Source: Histomonas meleagridis 2922-C6/04-290x
Taxonomy: Eukaryota; Protista; Parabasalia
NCBI GenBank assembly: GCA_020184695.1
Contig: JAANOX010000186.1
Span: forward strand, 16,645-80,644
DNA: 64,000 nucleotides
Reading direction: 5' to 3'
Each line of letters opens with the position of its first letter. The stretch's first letter is position 1. This document shows, piece by piece, positions 20,533 to 30,550 of this stretch. A model generated the notes under the pieces. That model had not been told where the DNA came from and made no database searches. It worked only from the letters and a program-made list of their open reading frames with translations. Both the position numbers and the translations under genes were made by a program.

Positions 20533-21028
20533 CCAATTTATTTTCTGAAATGTTGCATACAATATTTAAAAAGTACACTGTAAATTAATAAACGCTCACC
20601 AAAGAGCCTCTTCAAAGGCAATATTTTCGATTTTTTTATAATATGCTTAGATGTATAAACAATATAGAGCTATATTAACATCTTATTATTCAATATAATT
20701 TTATATGTGAATTAAATATAATATGATTCTACGAACAATTTGTTTACTAATTTTTATTGCCAATGTAAAATGGCTCCGGATTATATGAATGATCATTCCA
20801 TTTTATTTCTATAAATAATATCAAAATCAAAAAATTTCATAAGACTGTTTTTTTTCTACCTATATATCAACCGAAAAATAATTAATTCATATTTCAGTAT
20901 CTTATTGTTAACAATTTATATGAAATATATCTTCGAACTTAAAAAATATTAGAACAATTTTATTATTACTAAATGGAAATTTATTCACTGAATTTGATTA
21001 TAATTGACCTCTTTGCCACCAAAAATTA

Positions 21029-21270
21029 TAACTTTACATTTGTTTTGTTTGTTTTTAAATGTGATAAAAATGAACCATAAAATGTACGAAGAATAATTTC
21101 CAAATTGTACAACAGAACGAATTTCTCCATTTGTAACTTTACATATGTTTTGTTTGCTTTTAAATGTGATAAAAATGAACCATAAAATATACGAAGAATA
21201 ATTTCCAAATTGTCCAACAGAACGAATTTCTCCATTTGTAACTTTACATATGTTTTGTTTACTTTCAAAA
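21029..21270. repeat. 105-nt tandem repeat, about 2.3 near-identical copies, just downstream of enolase
   Basis: Unit TAACTTTACAT[T/A]TGTTTTGTTTG...GAATTTCTCCATTTG starts at 21029, 21134 and 21239. Confidence 0.92.
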
Positions 21271-21292
21271 AGTTATTTAATTTGCTCATTGT

Positions 21293-22744
21293 TTACTCAT
21301 CGAGCATATCCTTCTCCTTTAAGTATTCGTAAATTTGGAGTAATCTCGTGTACTTTTCGATTCTTTCTCCTCTTGCTGTTGACCCAGTCTTTATTGCCTG
21401 TGCTCCAATTGCCACCGCCAAGTCTGCGATCACTGAGTTGCATGTTTCGCCGGATCGATGACTTACCATAACATTTTGACCCGCGTCGAGAATAAGTTTT
21501 GCTGCTTCCATAGCTTCGCTTATTGTACCGATTTGATTTACCTTTAGTAACAATGCGTTGCACCATCTTCCTTCAAGTCCTTTGCGAATAGTGTTTGGAT
21601 TTGTTGTGTATAAATCATCGCCAACAAGTTGACACTTATCGCCAATCGCTTCATTTAATTTGACCCAATGTTCATAGTCTTTTTCATGTAACCCATCTTC
21701 GATTGAGACAATCGATGGATGTTTTTCGATTAAATCTTTCCAATATTGAATCATTTCATCACCAGTCTTCTTGACGCCAACTTCGACTTCATATAATTTA
21801 CTTTCTTCATCATAAAATTCGGAGGCGGCTGCATCAAGGCCAATGCGGATGTCTTTTCCAGGTTCATAGCCGGCATCGCGTATCGCATCTTCGATGATCG
21901 AAATTGCTTCTTCTGGAGTGTTAAGAAGTGGCGCATAGCCTCCTTCATCGCCAAGATTCTTAGCGGAGATGCCGTATTTCTTGACAAGTAATGCACCAAG
22001 TTTTTGATATGTCTCAGCAACCATGCGAAGTTGGTCTGGATATGGTATGCCTGGTGCTGGTGATGCCATAAATTCTTGTAATTTAAGATTTCCACCTGCG
22101 TGTTTACCACCATTTAATATATTGAAAAATGGTGTTGGTAATTTGTACTTCTTTGGAAGATTCTCGCCGTGATATTGACGTGCAAGGTACTCAAAGAGTT
22201 GGAGCCCTTCAAGGGAGGCTCCTGCTTCTGCAAGTGCAAATGATGTGGCTGTGCATGCATTTCCACCAACTTTCTCTTTGAGTTCTGTGCCATCTGTTTC
22301 ACAAATGATCTTGTCGAGTACTTTGAGGTCATTGAGTGGTTTGCCTTGGAGTGCTGGAGAAAGAATTGTTGATACATTTGATGAGGCTGTTAATGTTCCT
22401 TTGCCGCCATAACGTGGTGAGTCTTTGTCACGAAGCTCACGTGCTTCATTGGAACCAGTGGAGGCACCAGAAGGAGCAGATGATCGGCCTGCAAATTGAA
22501 CTTGACCAAGATACTTAACATAGACATCAGTTTCGACTGTTGGATTACCACGTGAATCAAGAACTTCACGACCTACAAGGTGATCAATAACAGGTGCAGC
22601 AGCTTGGCTCTTGAATATGTGATAAAGAAAACCGAAGGCATCTTCGGGTTTTTTGCTGACAAGTTCGGTAACTGCTTCCTGAAGAATCTCAGTGACCTTG
22701 TGATTTTGAAGGTATTCAGCAGCAGCGGCTTTGTTGTCGGTCAT
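21293..22744 (-). CDS. ENO: Enolase with parabasalid N-terminal extension
   Basis: Motifs REVLDSRGNPTVE, PSGASTG, NILNGGKHAG, GDEGGYAP, LDAAASEFY, SIEDG, LVGDDL, LLKVNQIGT, SHRSGET, IKTG, RSERxEK-like RGERIEKY. Start placed at MTDNK (22744), preceded by TCACCACTTTTT. Confidence 0.97.
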   Translation of the reverse strand: MTDNKAAAAEYLQNHKVTEILQEAVTELVSKKPEDAFGFLYHIFKSQAAAPVIDHLVGREVLDSRGNPTVETDVYVKYLGQVQFAGRSSAPSGASTGSNEARELRDKDSPRYGGKGTLTASSNVSTILSPALQGKPLNDLKVLDKIICETDGTELKEKVGGNACTATSFALAEAGASLEGLQLFEYLARQYHGENLPKKYKLPTPFFNILNGGKHAGGNLKLQEFMASPAPGIPYPDQLRMVAETYQKLGALLVKKYGISAKNLGDEGGYAPLLNTPEEAISIIEDAIRDAGYEPGKDIRIGLDAAASEFYDEESKLYEVEVGVKKTGDEMIQYWKDLIEKHPSIVSIEDGLHEKDYEHWVKLNEAIGDKCQLVGDDLYTTNPNTIRKGLEGRWCNALLLKVNQIGTISEAMEAAKLILDAGQNVMVSHRSGETCNSVIADLAVAIGAQAIKTGSTARGERIEKYTRLLQIYEYLKEKDMLDE

Positions 22745-23442
22745 AAAAAGTGGTGAACGATTACCTGACAAAGCTGTCAGATCAACATAAACCATTCAAA
22801 GTAATTAACGTTTTCTGGGGGTGTCTTCCATTTATTATGTAAAAATGTTGTTTAGCAATGTGCACATTGGATTAATAATATTTTAAATTTATGTATATTA
22901 TAACAAAATATTTACAAAGTTAATTTTTTTGTTTTGAATGATGTTGATGATAACTTAACGAAGCAAATAGAGTTGGAAACAATTTAATCATTGATATTAC
23001 ATGAAAATTTATAACATTAAAATATTAGACATATTTTTTCACCTTTAATTTGGAATCATTCATTTTCTTTGATTGTATAGCATTTATTTTTTATCATCTC
23101 CTTTGCAAGCTATATGAACGCTTTAAGGACACTAATGTTATTTATTGCAGAAGACTCAATGAATAAAGCGCTCTTCTTTTTGCAATTGCTTTCCCTTCTG
23201 AGTAAAACATATTATATTGAAGATCTATCCGATGTTTCAAGCCCGTTATAACTAAGTAACACTCCGTTGCCACAAAAAAAATTGAGTAAAGTACTTTTCA
23301 ACTGAAATCACTTTGCACCATCAAAATATTCCTTTTTTAATGCAAATACATAAGTTGAATTGCTGTGAGTTTACACATAAATATTTAATTAATTACAAAT
23401 TATCAAATAAACAGTTTTTATTACGCAAATAGATAATAAATT

Positions 23443-24669
23443 TTATGGTTCCTCCATAATTTCTGCCATTGACTTTGGGAGTTTCGGGGAAATCAGTGTG
23501 TGAGCCAACAGGTTCACTGCGGATTTCTGTCTTCTTCTTAAGGTCGGTAATCCTGTTAACCCCAAATTCTTTCTTGCAGTTTTATTACTATTTCTTTTTT
23601 CCTTCAAAGATTCGACTGAAGAACTTCTTATGCATAACTTCGGCAAACCACTAAGTTCTGTTTCGGGGTCTTTTTTCTTTACGTTATCTTCGAAAGGAGA
23701 AACAATTCCATGATTTGATAGTTTTGATGTTTGTGCATTCGCTTCTGATATTTCGATAAGTGACAAGTTTTGTTCAGGCGGCATAATGATGCAAACTTGT
23801 GAACTTTTTCGCGCAATTGGTAATTTATCCGCGATTTTGAGCCATGGATGCTTTAGCACGTCTTCAATTGATGCTCTTTCTTGCGGATTAACACGCATCA
23901 TTTGTCCAATTAACTCGCGACAATCGGATGATACATAGGACGGAATGGTATATAAGCCTTTTAGAATTTGGCGTAACATAATCGACGTATTTGATACATT
24001 CCATGGATGTTCGCCTGTTACCATTGCATATAATATCACGCCGAGACTCCAAATGTCACTTTTACGCCCATCGTATTGGACACGACATAAACATTCGGGT
24101 GAACAATAACATGGCGAACCACAAAATGTTTTCATCATTTGTTGCTCTGAGATAAATCCACATAATCCAAAATCAGAAACTTTAATATGTGGAAATTTGG
24201 TAATAAGAATGTTCTCGGGCTTAAGATCACGATGAGCAACACCGGATTTATGACAGTAGGCAATTGCAGATACAATTTGCTGAAAAACATAGGCTGATTC
24301 TGGTTCTGTTAACTTGTCATGTTCAACAATGTAATCAAAAAGCTCACCACCGGGACAGTAATCAATCACTAAATAAAAATTTGTATCATCCCAGAAAAAA
24401 TCATAAAGAGCAACTATATTATCATGTCTGAGATACGCCATTGTATTAATTTCTCTTTGGAATCGATTTAAATCGCCTTTGTCTAATAAATTACTTTTGG
24501 GAAATATTTTTATTGCATATTCTTGATTGTTTTTTGTATTTCTTGCTTTGCAAACATGAGAAAAAGCACCATGACCAAGCTCTTCACCAATTTCATAGAA
24601 TTTTACTTCACTTGGCCATGGTTTTGCTGTGTTTTGTTGATCGCTTGAGGGATTAGTTTGAATGTTCAA
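23443..24669 (-). CDS. CAMK-group (SNF1/AMPK/MARK-like) protein kinase; start codon unresolved
   Basis: GHGAFSHV, YAIK, HRDLKPEN, DFGL, TFCGSPCYCSPE, DIWSLGVILY. No in-frame ATG precedes the Gly-loop. TTG at 24669 is used here as a provisional start. Confidence 0.85.
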   Translation of the reverse strand: MNIQTNPSSDQQNTAKPWPSEVKFYEIGEELGHGAFSHVCKARNTKNNQEYAIKIFPKSNLLDKGDLNRFQREINTMAYLRHDNIVALYDFFWDDTNFYLVIDYCPGGELFDYIVEHDKLTEPESAYVFQQIVSAIAYCHKSGVAHRDLKPENILITKFPHIKVSDFGLCGFISEQQMMKTFCGSPCYCSPECLCRVQYDGRKSDIWSLGVILYAMVTGEHPWNVSNTSIMLRQILKGLYTIPSYVSSDCRELIGQMMRVNPQERASIEDVLKHPWLKIADKLPIARKSSQVCIIMPPEQNLSLIEISEANAQTSKLSNHGIVSPFEDNVKKKDPETELSGLPKLCIRSSSVESLKEKRNSNKTARKNLGLTGLPTLRRRQKSAVNLLAHTLISPKLPKSMAEIMEEP

Positions 24670-25553
24670 ATGATGATGATACTGGAAAAGCACACAATTA
24701 TTGATAAGTTTACTTAATTGATCGCTTTAAAAATTTTTTTTGTTGGCTTTCGTATAAAAGTGTCGTTTTTGCACAAAATATCCAAAACAATTATATCCTG
24801 AGATTTGCAAATTTTTTCATCAAATAGCATGTAAAATTAACTTTTATTTAATAATATATGTTGTATAATTCGAAAAATATCAAAATCCGCTGTTAGAGGT
24901 CGATAACTTGCAAGTTTTTTTCAGCGTTTTTTTTTTGTGCGTGGGGATTTCAGAAAATAACAGTTCTTATATGTTCAAAAAGTGAATATATTCTTGATAA
25001 TTTAATCAAAATTTGAATTGTTAAATCAACAGGTCAATTTCATGGTCGTTTGATCAAACCATAATTTTGTTTCAAATTTGAATGTACAGTCCTCCAAAAT
25101 AATGTAAACTATTCATATTTTCAAAAGTCCCCATTCAACGTTGTAAAGATATTTCATCGGTTTAATAGAATAATTGATAGAATATACCACTTTTTCAAAT
25201 GGCTTATCGTGATGGAATGGACCTCCCTTGCTTAATGAGGATATAACAACATATTGACTTGTAACATATCACATTGATTATGACGAATCGTGTGATTTTA
25301 GAAACAATTAATTTCTTGATTTTTCGTTTTTATTATTCATTCATTTTTCAATTCAGTAATTTTTTAAATGTTTTTAGCTTTATATTAATTCTTTGATATT
25401 GCAGAGACCACATTTTAAGTCGAACCATCAACATTTTCAGCTGTCACTAAAAAAATTTATTTAACTCAACATTTGATGAATTTACGAATTCGTAAATCAA
25501 AATATTTTACATTCCAAAAAATGATGAATTTACATTTATTCTATAATAATGGC

Positions 25554-28500
25554 CTAATTATAAAAATGAACAGCAGGTTGCGAACTATGGCAAAGTAGCT
25601 CATATTCGTTTTCAGTTATTTCCAGTGCTTCGAAGTCCTTACTTAAAGAAGAAAGTTTGTCTTCATTTTTTAAAGTATAATTTTTTCCATAATTTCCAAC
25701 TAATTTGAAACCAAAATATTCCATATCTTTATCTTCCCATTTTAATGCATTGAAAATTCTTTGTTTTGTATCATGGAACACTTCATCTTGTACTATTTTT
25801 AATAAAAATGGTTGATTTTTTTTTCTCATATATTGCGAGTTGTATGAAACCGTTATTAATTCTGAGCCTATTTGGTCATCTGGAACTACTTCAATTCTTA
25901 ACGGGTTTTGTAGTTCGTTTATTTCGACACCCAAATCCAAAATTTTTAGGATTTTTTTCTTTTTGATTTCCATTAATCTTAAATTTGTATTACTATTTAT
26001 ATTCTCCACTTCAGTTTGTCTAATATGCTCAATTAAGTCTGATACACTTGCACGAGAACTAAATAAAAATTGTGATTTTTTCGCTATTGTTATTGAATCA
26101 TATGAAATCATTAAATTTATTAAAGAAAAATTATTTACACAATTAAGGTAATCATTATCTATAAAAAATATTTCGACTTTCTCAGATATAACATCGGAAA
26201 TTTTTGCATTTACATCTTCAACAATAGGATTAACATCATGATTTTTAAACATTAAAAAATCTCTGTTTTCATTAAAAATAATTTTAATGAATTTTATGAA
26301 CTGTTCCAAAGTAATTGTTGGAGGGTATTTTATATAATAATTATTATCTTCTTTTATAATTTTTATTTCTGTTGTATCTTTAAATAAGTTATAATAATCC
26401 AAAAATGATTTTGTTTGATCATTAATCATATAAAGATAATTTTTTTCATCAGTTTCTAAATCAACATAAGTATTTTGTTCAATTATTTCTCCATTTTCTG
26501 TCTCAAATACTAAAATTGTACCTCTGGAAAATGATATAAATGGTTCAACATCAGATTCTTTTACTTGAGAAAATGTTTTAGTGATACCAAAATTTTGATA
26601 TATGTTTAAGTTAATTGAATCCGGAATTTTTAAAAATGTTCTAACGCTTGAAACAATTTTAGGAAAATCATTCGAATAAACTATTGAATCAACATATTTC
26701 GTAAATAGAAATCGTATTGGACCTTTTAAATTACTAAAATAAAAATATATTAATACTGGGGTATCATATTTGTCATCTTCAATTTCTTTTCTTATCATAA
26801 AAAAGTTTGAGTTTTGTGATGTTTTATATGATGGTGAATTTACGACTTTTGAGGTTAATTTGTCGGATGTACATGAAAATAAATCAAAACAATTTGTTGG
26901 AATCATTAAAATATCAGAAATTAAATCATAAATATTGGAATTTAATTCTCCTTTTTTCACCGATATTTTTAATGGATTCGAAATTCTTGACACAAAAGAA
27001 AAACTTCCATTTAATGCATTTAATTCTAATGCTGTTTTATTATATATTGTTATATCGATTTTTTCTTTATTTTCTTTTCTTTCTATTAATTCAATTATCC
27101 TTGGAGAAATTAAATCATTTGGAACATTTTCATAAAGTTCATCTGCAAAATCTTTTGCTACATATATTAACATATAAGCACTAAATACTTGATCAGTTTG
27201 TTCAAACCCAAATAAATTACTTGGGCCGCCATAATTAGCATCAAATACTTCTCTTATAGATGCAGAAGTTACATAAGAATCATTAAATTTATACCATTTT
27301 TTTGATGTAGAAGTTCTTAAAAATATATAATAATGTCCTGAAATTGTTGTGCCTGAATGTACTAAAACTCCATATAATTCATATTCATATGAAAGATCTG
27401 GATTCCGATTCTTTTCTAATACATATTGCGATAAATCAACACAATCAGGATACATAAATAATGAATTAATTTTTTCGTCTGAACCAGTAAATGGATCATA
27501 TTCAAATCTTCTTAAATGTAAATATAAAACTTTCGGAAATTCTAAAAATTCAGTTCCTAATTCAACATCTATTTTCCCATATTCATCTGTTTGATATTGA
27601 TTATCGCCTTCAAGTTTTTCCGTTTGTAAATAATAATCAAATGAATCACAAAGTGATTGACAATTCTTTACGTCTAATGATATATCATAAAAATAATCAT
27701 AATTAAAACTTTCATATTCAACATTAAGACCTCGAACAAATTTTCGCATTTTACCACAAAATAAATTTCGTATGTAATCTTCATATTGAGTGCCTTTAAG
27801 TTTTGTTTCGATATTATCAAGTAATACTCGACAAAATTCTTGAACATCATGTTGTATAAATGTATCACTATCATCCCAACCAAATGATTTGGTTAGTTCT
27901 TTGGTGGAACATGCAGATTTCTTATGAAGTTGCATTTGTGCAAATAAAAGTTTAAGATTTAATATAATGTTTTTCTCAGGTGGCTTGTTTGTATCTTCAT
28001 CCATAATAAAAATAAGTTTACGAAATGATGGAAGATGATATAATGCTTGAAGAATGGAATTAATATAACATGTGGCACCTTGATTTAAAAGCCCGCAAAA
28101 TATGGGTGTAGAGCTCTCTATTTCTGTTGTGATTGGTTTAAATGGTAAATATGATTTTTCAGAATGAAGAAAATCCGTATCAAGGTATTCAGCTTCACTG
28201 CTTGAATCAATAGATTCGTTTTCGCATTGTTTTATGATTATGCAAAATATGACAGAATCTTTTTGTGTTAGATATCCACTCTCATGGGTAACATCATTAC
28301 AGCCTAAAGGAAATTTTATTTTATGGGTATAATCTTTTTCTGTAAATGTGAATTTACCATGACAGGATATTGGTAATACAGAATTTAAAGTAGATTGTAT
28401 TTGAATTGTAATATCCATTGTGTAACCACCTGAATAGGAAAAAGAAAATATTATATCATTGGATTGTTTCTTAAAAAAGCAATTGATTATCGAGAAATTA

Positions 28501-28622
28501 TATTCAAAATCTTCTTTTGCATCTGTGATTTTTGACCAATTACAAATTTCCCATTGGAACGAATTTTTTTTATAGATAAAATCATCATCTTCCTCTTCAA
28601 AACTTAGAAAAGGTTCACCCAT
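25554..28622 (-). CDS. Ubiquitin C-terminal hydrolase, USP7-like (MATH-USP-Ubl architecture)
   Basis: Cys box GLLNQGATCYINSILQAL, QHDVQEF, His box LYGVLVHSG...GHYY...WYKFND, and an N-terminal MATH-like FQWEICNWS. Confidence 0.9.
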   Translation of the reverse strand: MGEPFLSFEEEDDDFIYKKNSFQWEICNWSKITDAKEDFEYNFSIINCFFKKQSNDIIFSFSYSGGYTMDITIQIQSTLNSVLPISCHGKFTFTEKDYTHKIKFPLGCNDVTHESGYLTQKDSVIFCIIIKQCENESIDSSSEAEYLDTDFLHSEKSYLPFKPITTEIESSTPIFCGLLNQGATCYINSILQALYHLPSFRKLIFIMDEDTNKPPEKNIILNLKLLFAQMQLHKKSACSTKELTKSFGWDDSDTFIQHDVQEFCRVLLDNIETKLKGTQYEDYIRNLFCGKMRKFVRGLNVEYESFNYDYFYDISLDVKNCQSLCDSFDYYLQTEKLEGDNQYQTDEYGKIDVELGTEFLEFPKVLYLHLRRFEYDPFTGSDEKINSLFMYPDCVDLSQYVLEKNRNPDLSYEYELYGVLVHSGTTISGHYYIFLRTSTSKKWYKFNDSYVTSASIREVFDANYGGPSNLFGFEQTDQVFSAYMLIYVAKDFADELYENVPNDLISPRIIELIERKENKEKIDITIYNKTALELNALNGSFSFVSRISNPLKISVKKGELNSNIYDLISDILMIPTNCFDLFSCTSDKLTSKVVNSPSYKTSQNSNFFMIRKEIEDDKYDTPVLIYFYFSNLKGPIRFLFTKYVDSIVYSNDFPKIVSSVRTFLKIPDSINLNIYQNFGITKTFSQVKESDVEPFISFSRGTILVFETENGEIIEQNTYVDLETDEKNYLYMINDQTKSFLDYYNLFKDTTEIKIIKEDNNYYIKYPPTITLEQFIKFIKIIFNENRDFLMFKNHDVNPIVEDVNAKISDVISEKVEIFFIDNDYLNCVNNFSLINLMISYDSITIAKKSQFLFSSRASVSDLIEHIRQTEVENINSNTNLRLMEIKKKKILKILDLGVEINELQNPLRIEVVPDDQIGSELITVSYNSQYMRKKNQPFLLKIVQDEVFHDTKQRIFNALKWEDKDMEYFGFKLVGNYGKNYTLKNEDKLSSLSKDFEALEITENEYELLCHSSQPAVHFYN

Positions 28623-28784
28623 ATACTAAAAAACGCTTAACGTCCCAAAATTATGACGATTGTTTGCAGTCAAATTTATAATAAACTTTATAAAAAGTCG
28701 ATGTTATGTGAAGTCAAAAGTTTGAATTTTATAAAAAATCAAAAAAAAAAAAAAATTATAAATTTAATAACGAATCACTGTCGA

Positions 28785-30182
28785 CTACTTTAGAATAAAT
28801 CTTCTGTTTTTCAAAGGAGCAATAAATTTCTCAGGTATACCTTCTTCTCTTAACTGTTCTATTTTTTGTTGTCTAATCTCTTCTAATCGTTGCATATAGT
28901 CTTCATTTTGTTCTTGTAAATGCTTTTGTTCATCTAAATACATAATTGGTTGTATTTCTTTTTCTAATTTCTTTTTGTTCATTTGGTCAAGTAATTCTTT
29001 TCTATATTGAGCATTTCGAGCTCTTCTTTCTTCTTCTTGCTTTTGTAACTTCTTTCTTTCTTCTTCTTGTTCTTTCTTAATTCTTTCTGCTTCAGCTTTT
29101 TCTATCTTTGCCATTTCTACAAGTCTTTTCTGTTTTTGTGAAATTGCATTTTCTCGATCTTTTTGTATTTGTTGCATTTGTTCTGCTTTCTTTTTTCTTT
29201 CTTCAAGTTCTTGTTGTCTTCTTTTTCTTTCTCTTTCTTCCATTACTCTTCGAGCTCTTAATTCATCTTCTTGAGCTGTTGTATCTATTAATCTTTGTTG
29301 ATTCTTTTGAATTAAATATATTTCTCTTTCTTTTGCCGCTTTTTGTTCAGCAACTTTCTTCTCATATTCTTCTTCGCGTTGTGCTTTTTGGCGTTGATAT
29401 TCTGCAATCATTTCCATCTCTTCAACTTCTTCTTGTTTCTCGCGATGTTTTCTTTCGATTGCAAGACGATTTGCTGTAATACATTCATTAAGAAATTCTT
29501 GATTTCGTTTTCGTTGTTCTTCTGCTAATCGACGATCTTCTTCAATCGCAAGTGCTGACATTCTTTGCATTTCTTCTTTTTCTTGTTGCTTAATCTTTTC
29601 TTCTTCTTTTGCAATTCGTTTCTTTTCTTCAATTTGAGCAAGAATCATCTCACTTCCTTTTTTACGTTGTTCTTGAAGCATTCTCTCACGTTCTTCATAA
29701 ATTTTTTGTGTTCGAAGACGCGCGGCTTGAAGTGCTTTGTTTTCTTGTTCTTGTTCCTCTTTTTGTTTTTGAAGTTGTTGTTTTCTATATTCGATTTGCC
29801 TTTCTTGCATTGCTTGAATTCGTGCATTCATCATATCTTCATTCATGGCTTTCACTTCATCAAGTTCCTCATTTGCTTTTGCATTTGCAAGGGCTAAAGT
29901 ATTTTCATGTTCTTCCATTTTTTTATTTGTTTTCATTGTTTGAGCTTTCATAGTACGAAGAGTTTCTGCTTGAATAAGAGATTCCCTTTTGTTTTGTGTC
30001 TGCTGGAATTGGTTGCGTTTGGTTTCTTCCTGCTTTTCAGCTGATGCAATTTGTTCTAATGCAGTTTGATGTTTTGAATATTTTTTTATTCTTCGGAATT
30101 GGTTTTTGTTTATGACAGCAGCATTTGTATTTACATTTGATATTTTGGTATTGTATTTTGGGTTATGTGTTGTGGTTCTCAT
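28785..30182 (-). CDS. CFAP45: Cilia- and flagella-associated protein 45 (trichohyalin-plectin homology coiled coil)
   Basis: E/K/R/Q coiled coil with CFAP45-like anchors EELDEVKAMNE, QEDELRARRVMEERER and C-terminal KIEQLREEGIPEKF. Confidence 0.8.
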   Translation of the reverse strand: MRTTTHNPKYNTKISNVNTNAAVINKNQFRRIKKYSKHQTALEQIASAEKQEETKRNQFQQTQNKRESLIQAETLRTMKAQTMKTNKKMEEHENTLALANAKANEELDEVKAMNEDMMNARIQAMQERQIEYRKQQLQKQKEEQEQENKALQAARLRTQKIYEERERMLQEQRKKGSEMILAQIEEKKRIAKEEEKIKQQEKEEMQRMSALAIEEDRRLAEEQRKRNQEFLNECITANRLAIERKHREKQEEVEEMEMIAEYQRQKAQREEEYEKKVAEQKAAKEREIYLIQKNQQRLIDTTAQEDELRARRVMEERERKRRQQELEERKKKAEQMQQIQKDRENAISQKQKRLVEMAKIEKAEAERIKKEQEEERKKLQKQEEERRARNAQYRKELLDQMNKKKLEKEIQPIMYLDEQKHLQEQNEDYMQRLEEIRQQKIEQLREEGIPEKFIAPLKNRRFILK

Positions 30183-30550
30183 TTGCTCCTAACGTATTTT
30201 TTTCAATCGTTGACCGTTTAAAAACGAAATTGGTGATTGGAAAAACCAAATATTATATTGATCAAAAAAAGAGCCTATTGTTAGCAATGATCCCATTGAT
30301 ATTAGTTAAAATGCTTGGTATTTTTTAACTGAGGTTTAAATGGATGGAATTACATTTAATTAATATTATAATAATTTGCTAATTCACTCAATAAACCAAC
30401 AATAAATTGATATGACTACCAAAGTGTGCGAGATTTATAATGTTGTTGTTCTTGTAATCATGTGTTTTAGAGATCAAAGAGTTTTTTGTTTGAAACTTTT
30501 TCAATACTATATTCAATTGTGCCAAAAAACGTTATTCCAAACTAAAAAAA
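30183..30550. promoter_or_regulatory. Short divergent intergenic region shared by CFAP45 and dynein heavy chain (candidate bidirectional promoter)
   Basis: 368 nt lie between two head-to-head ATGs of axonemal genes. Confidence 0.5.

Noticed and set aside
25110-25270. About 55-codon open frame on the minus strand (…SKGGPFHHDKPFEKVVYSINY…)
   Set aside because: It has no start codon and no recognisable domain. It may be a relic but cannot be supported.
25480-25497. 18-bp perfect palindrome ATTTACGAATTCGTAAAT, and small hairpins at 17148-17173 and 17344-17359
   Set aside because: These are isolated short inverted repeats in very AT-rich DNA, with no target-site duplication, family copies or terminator context.
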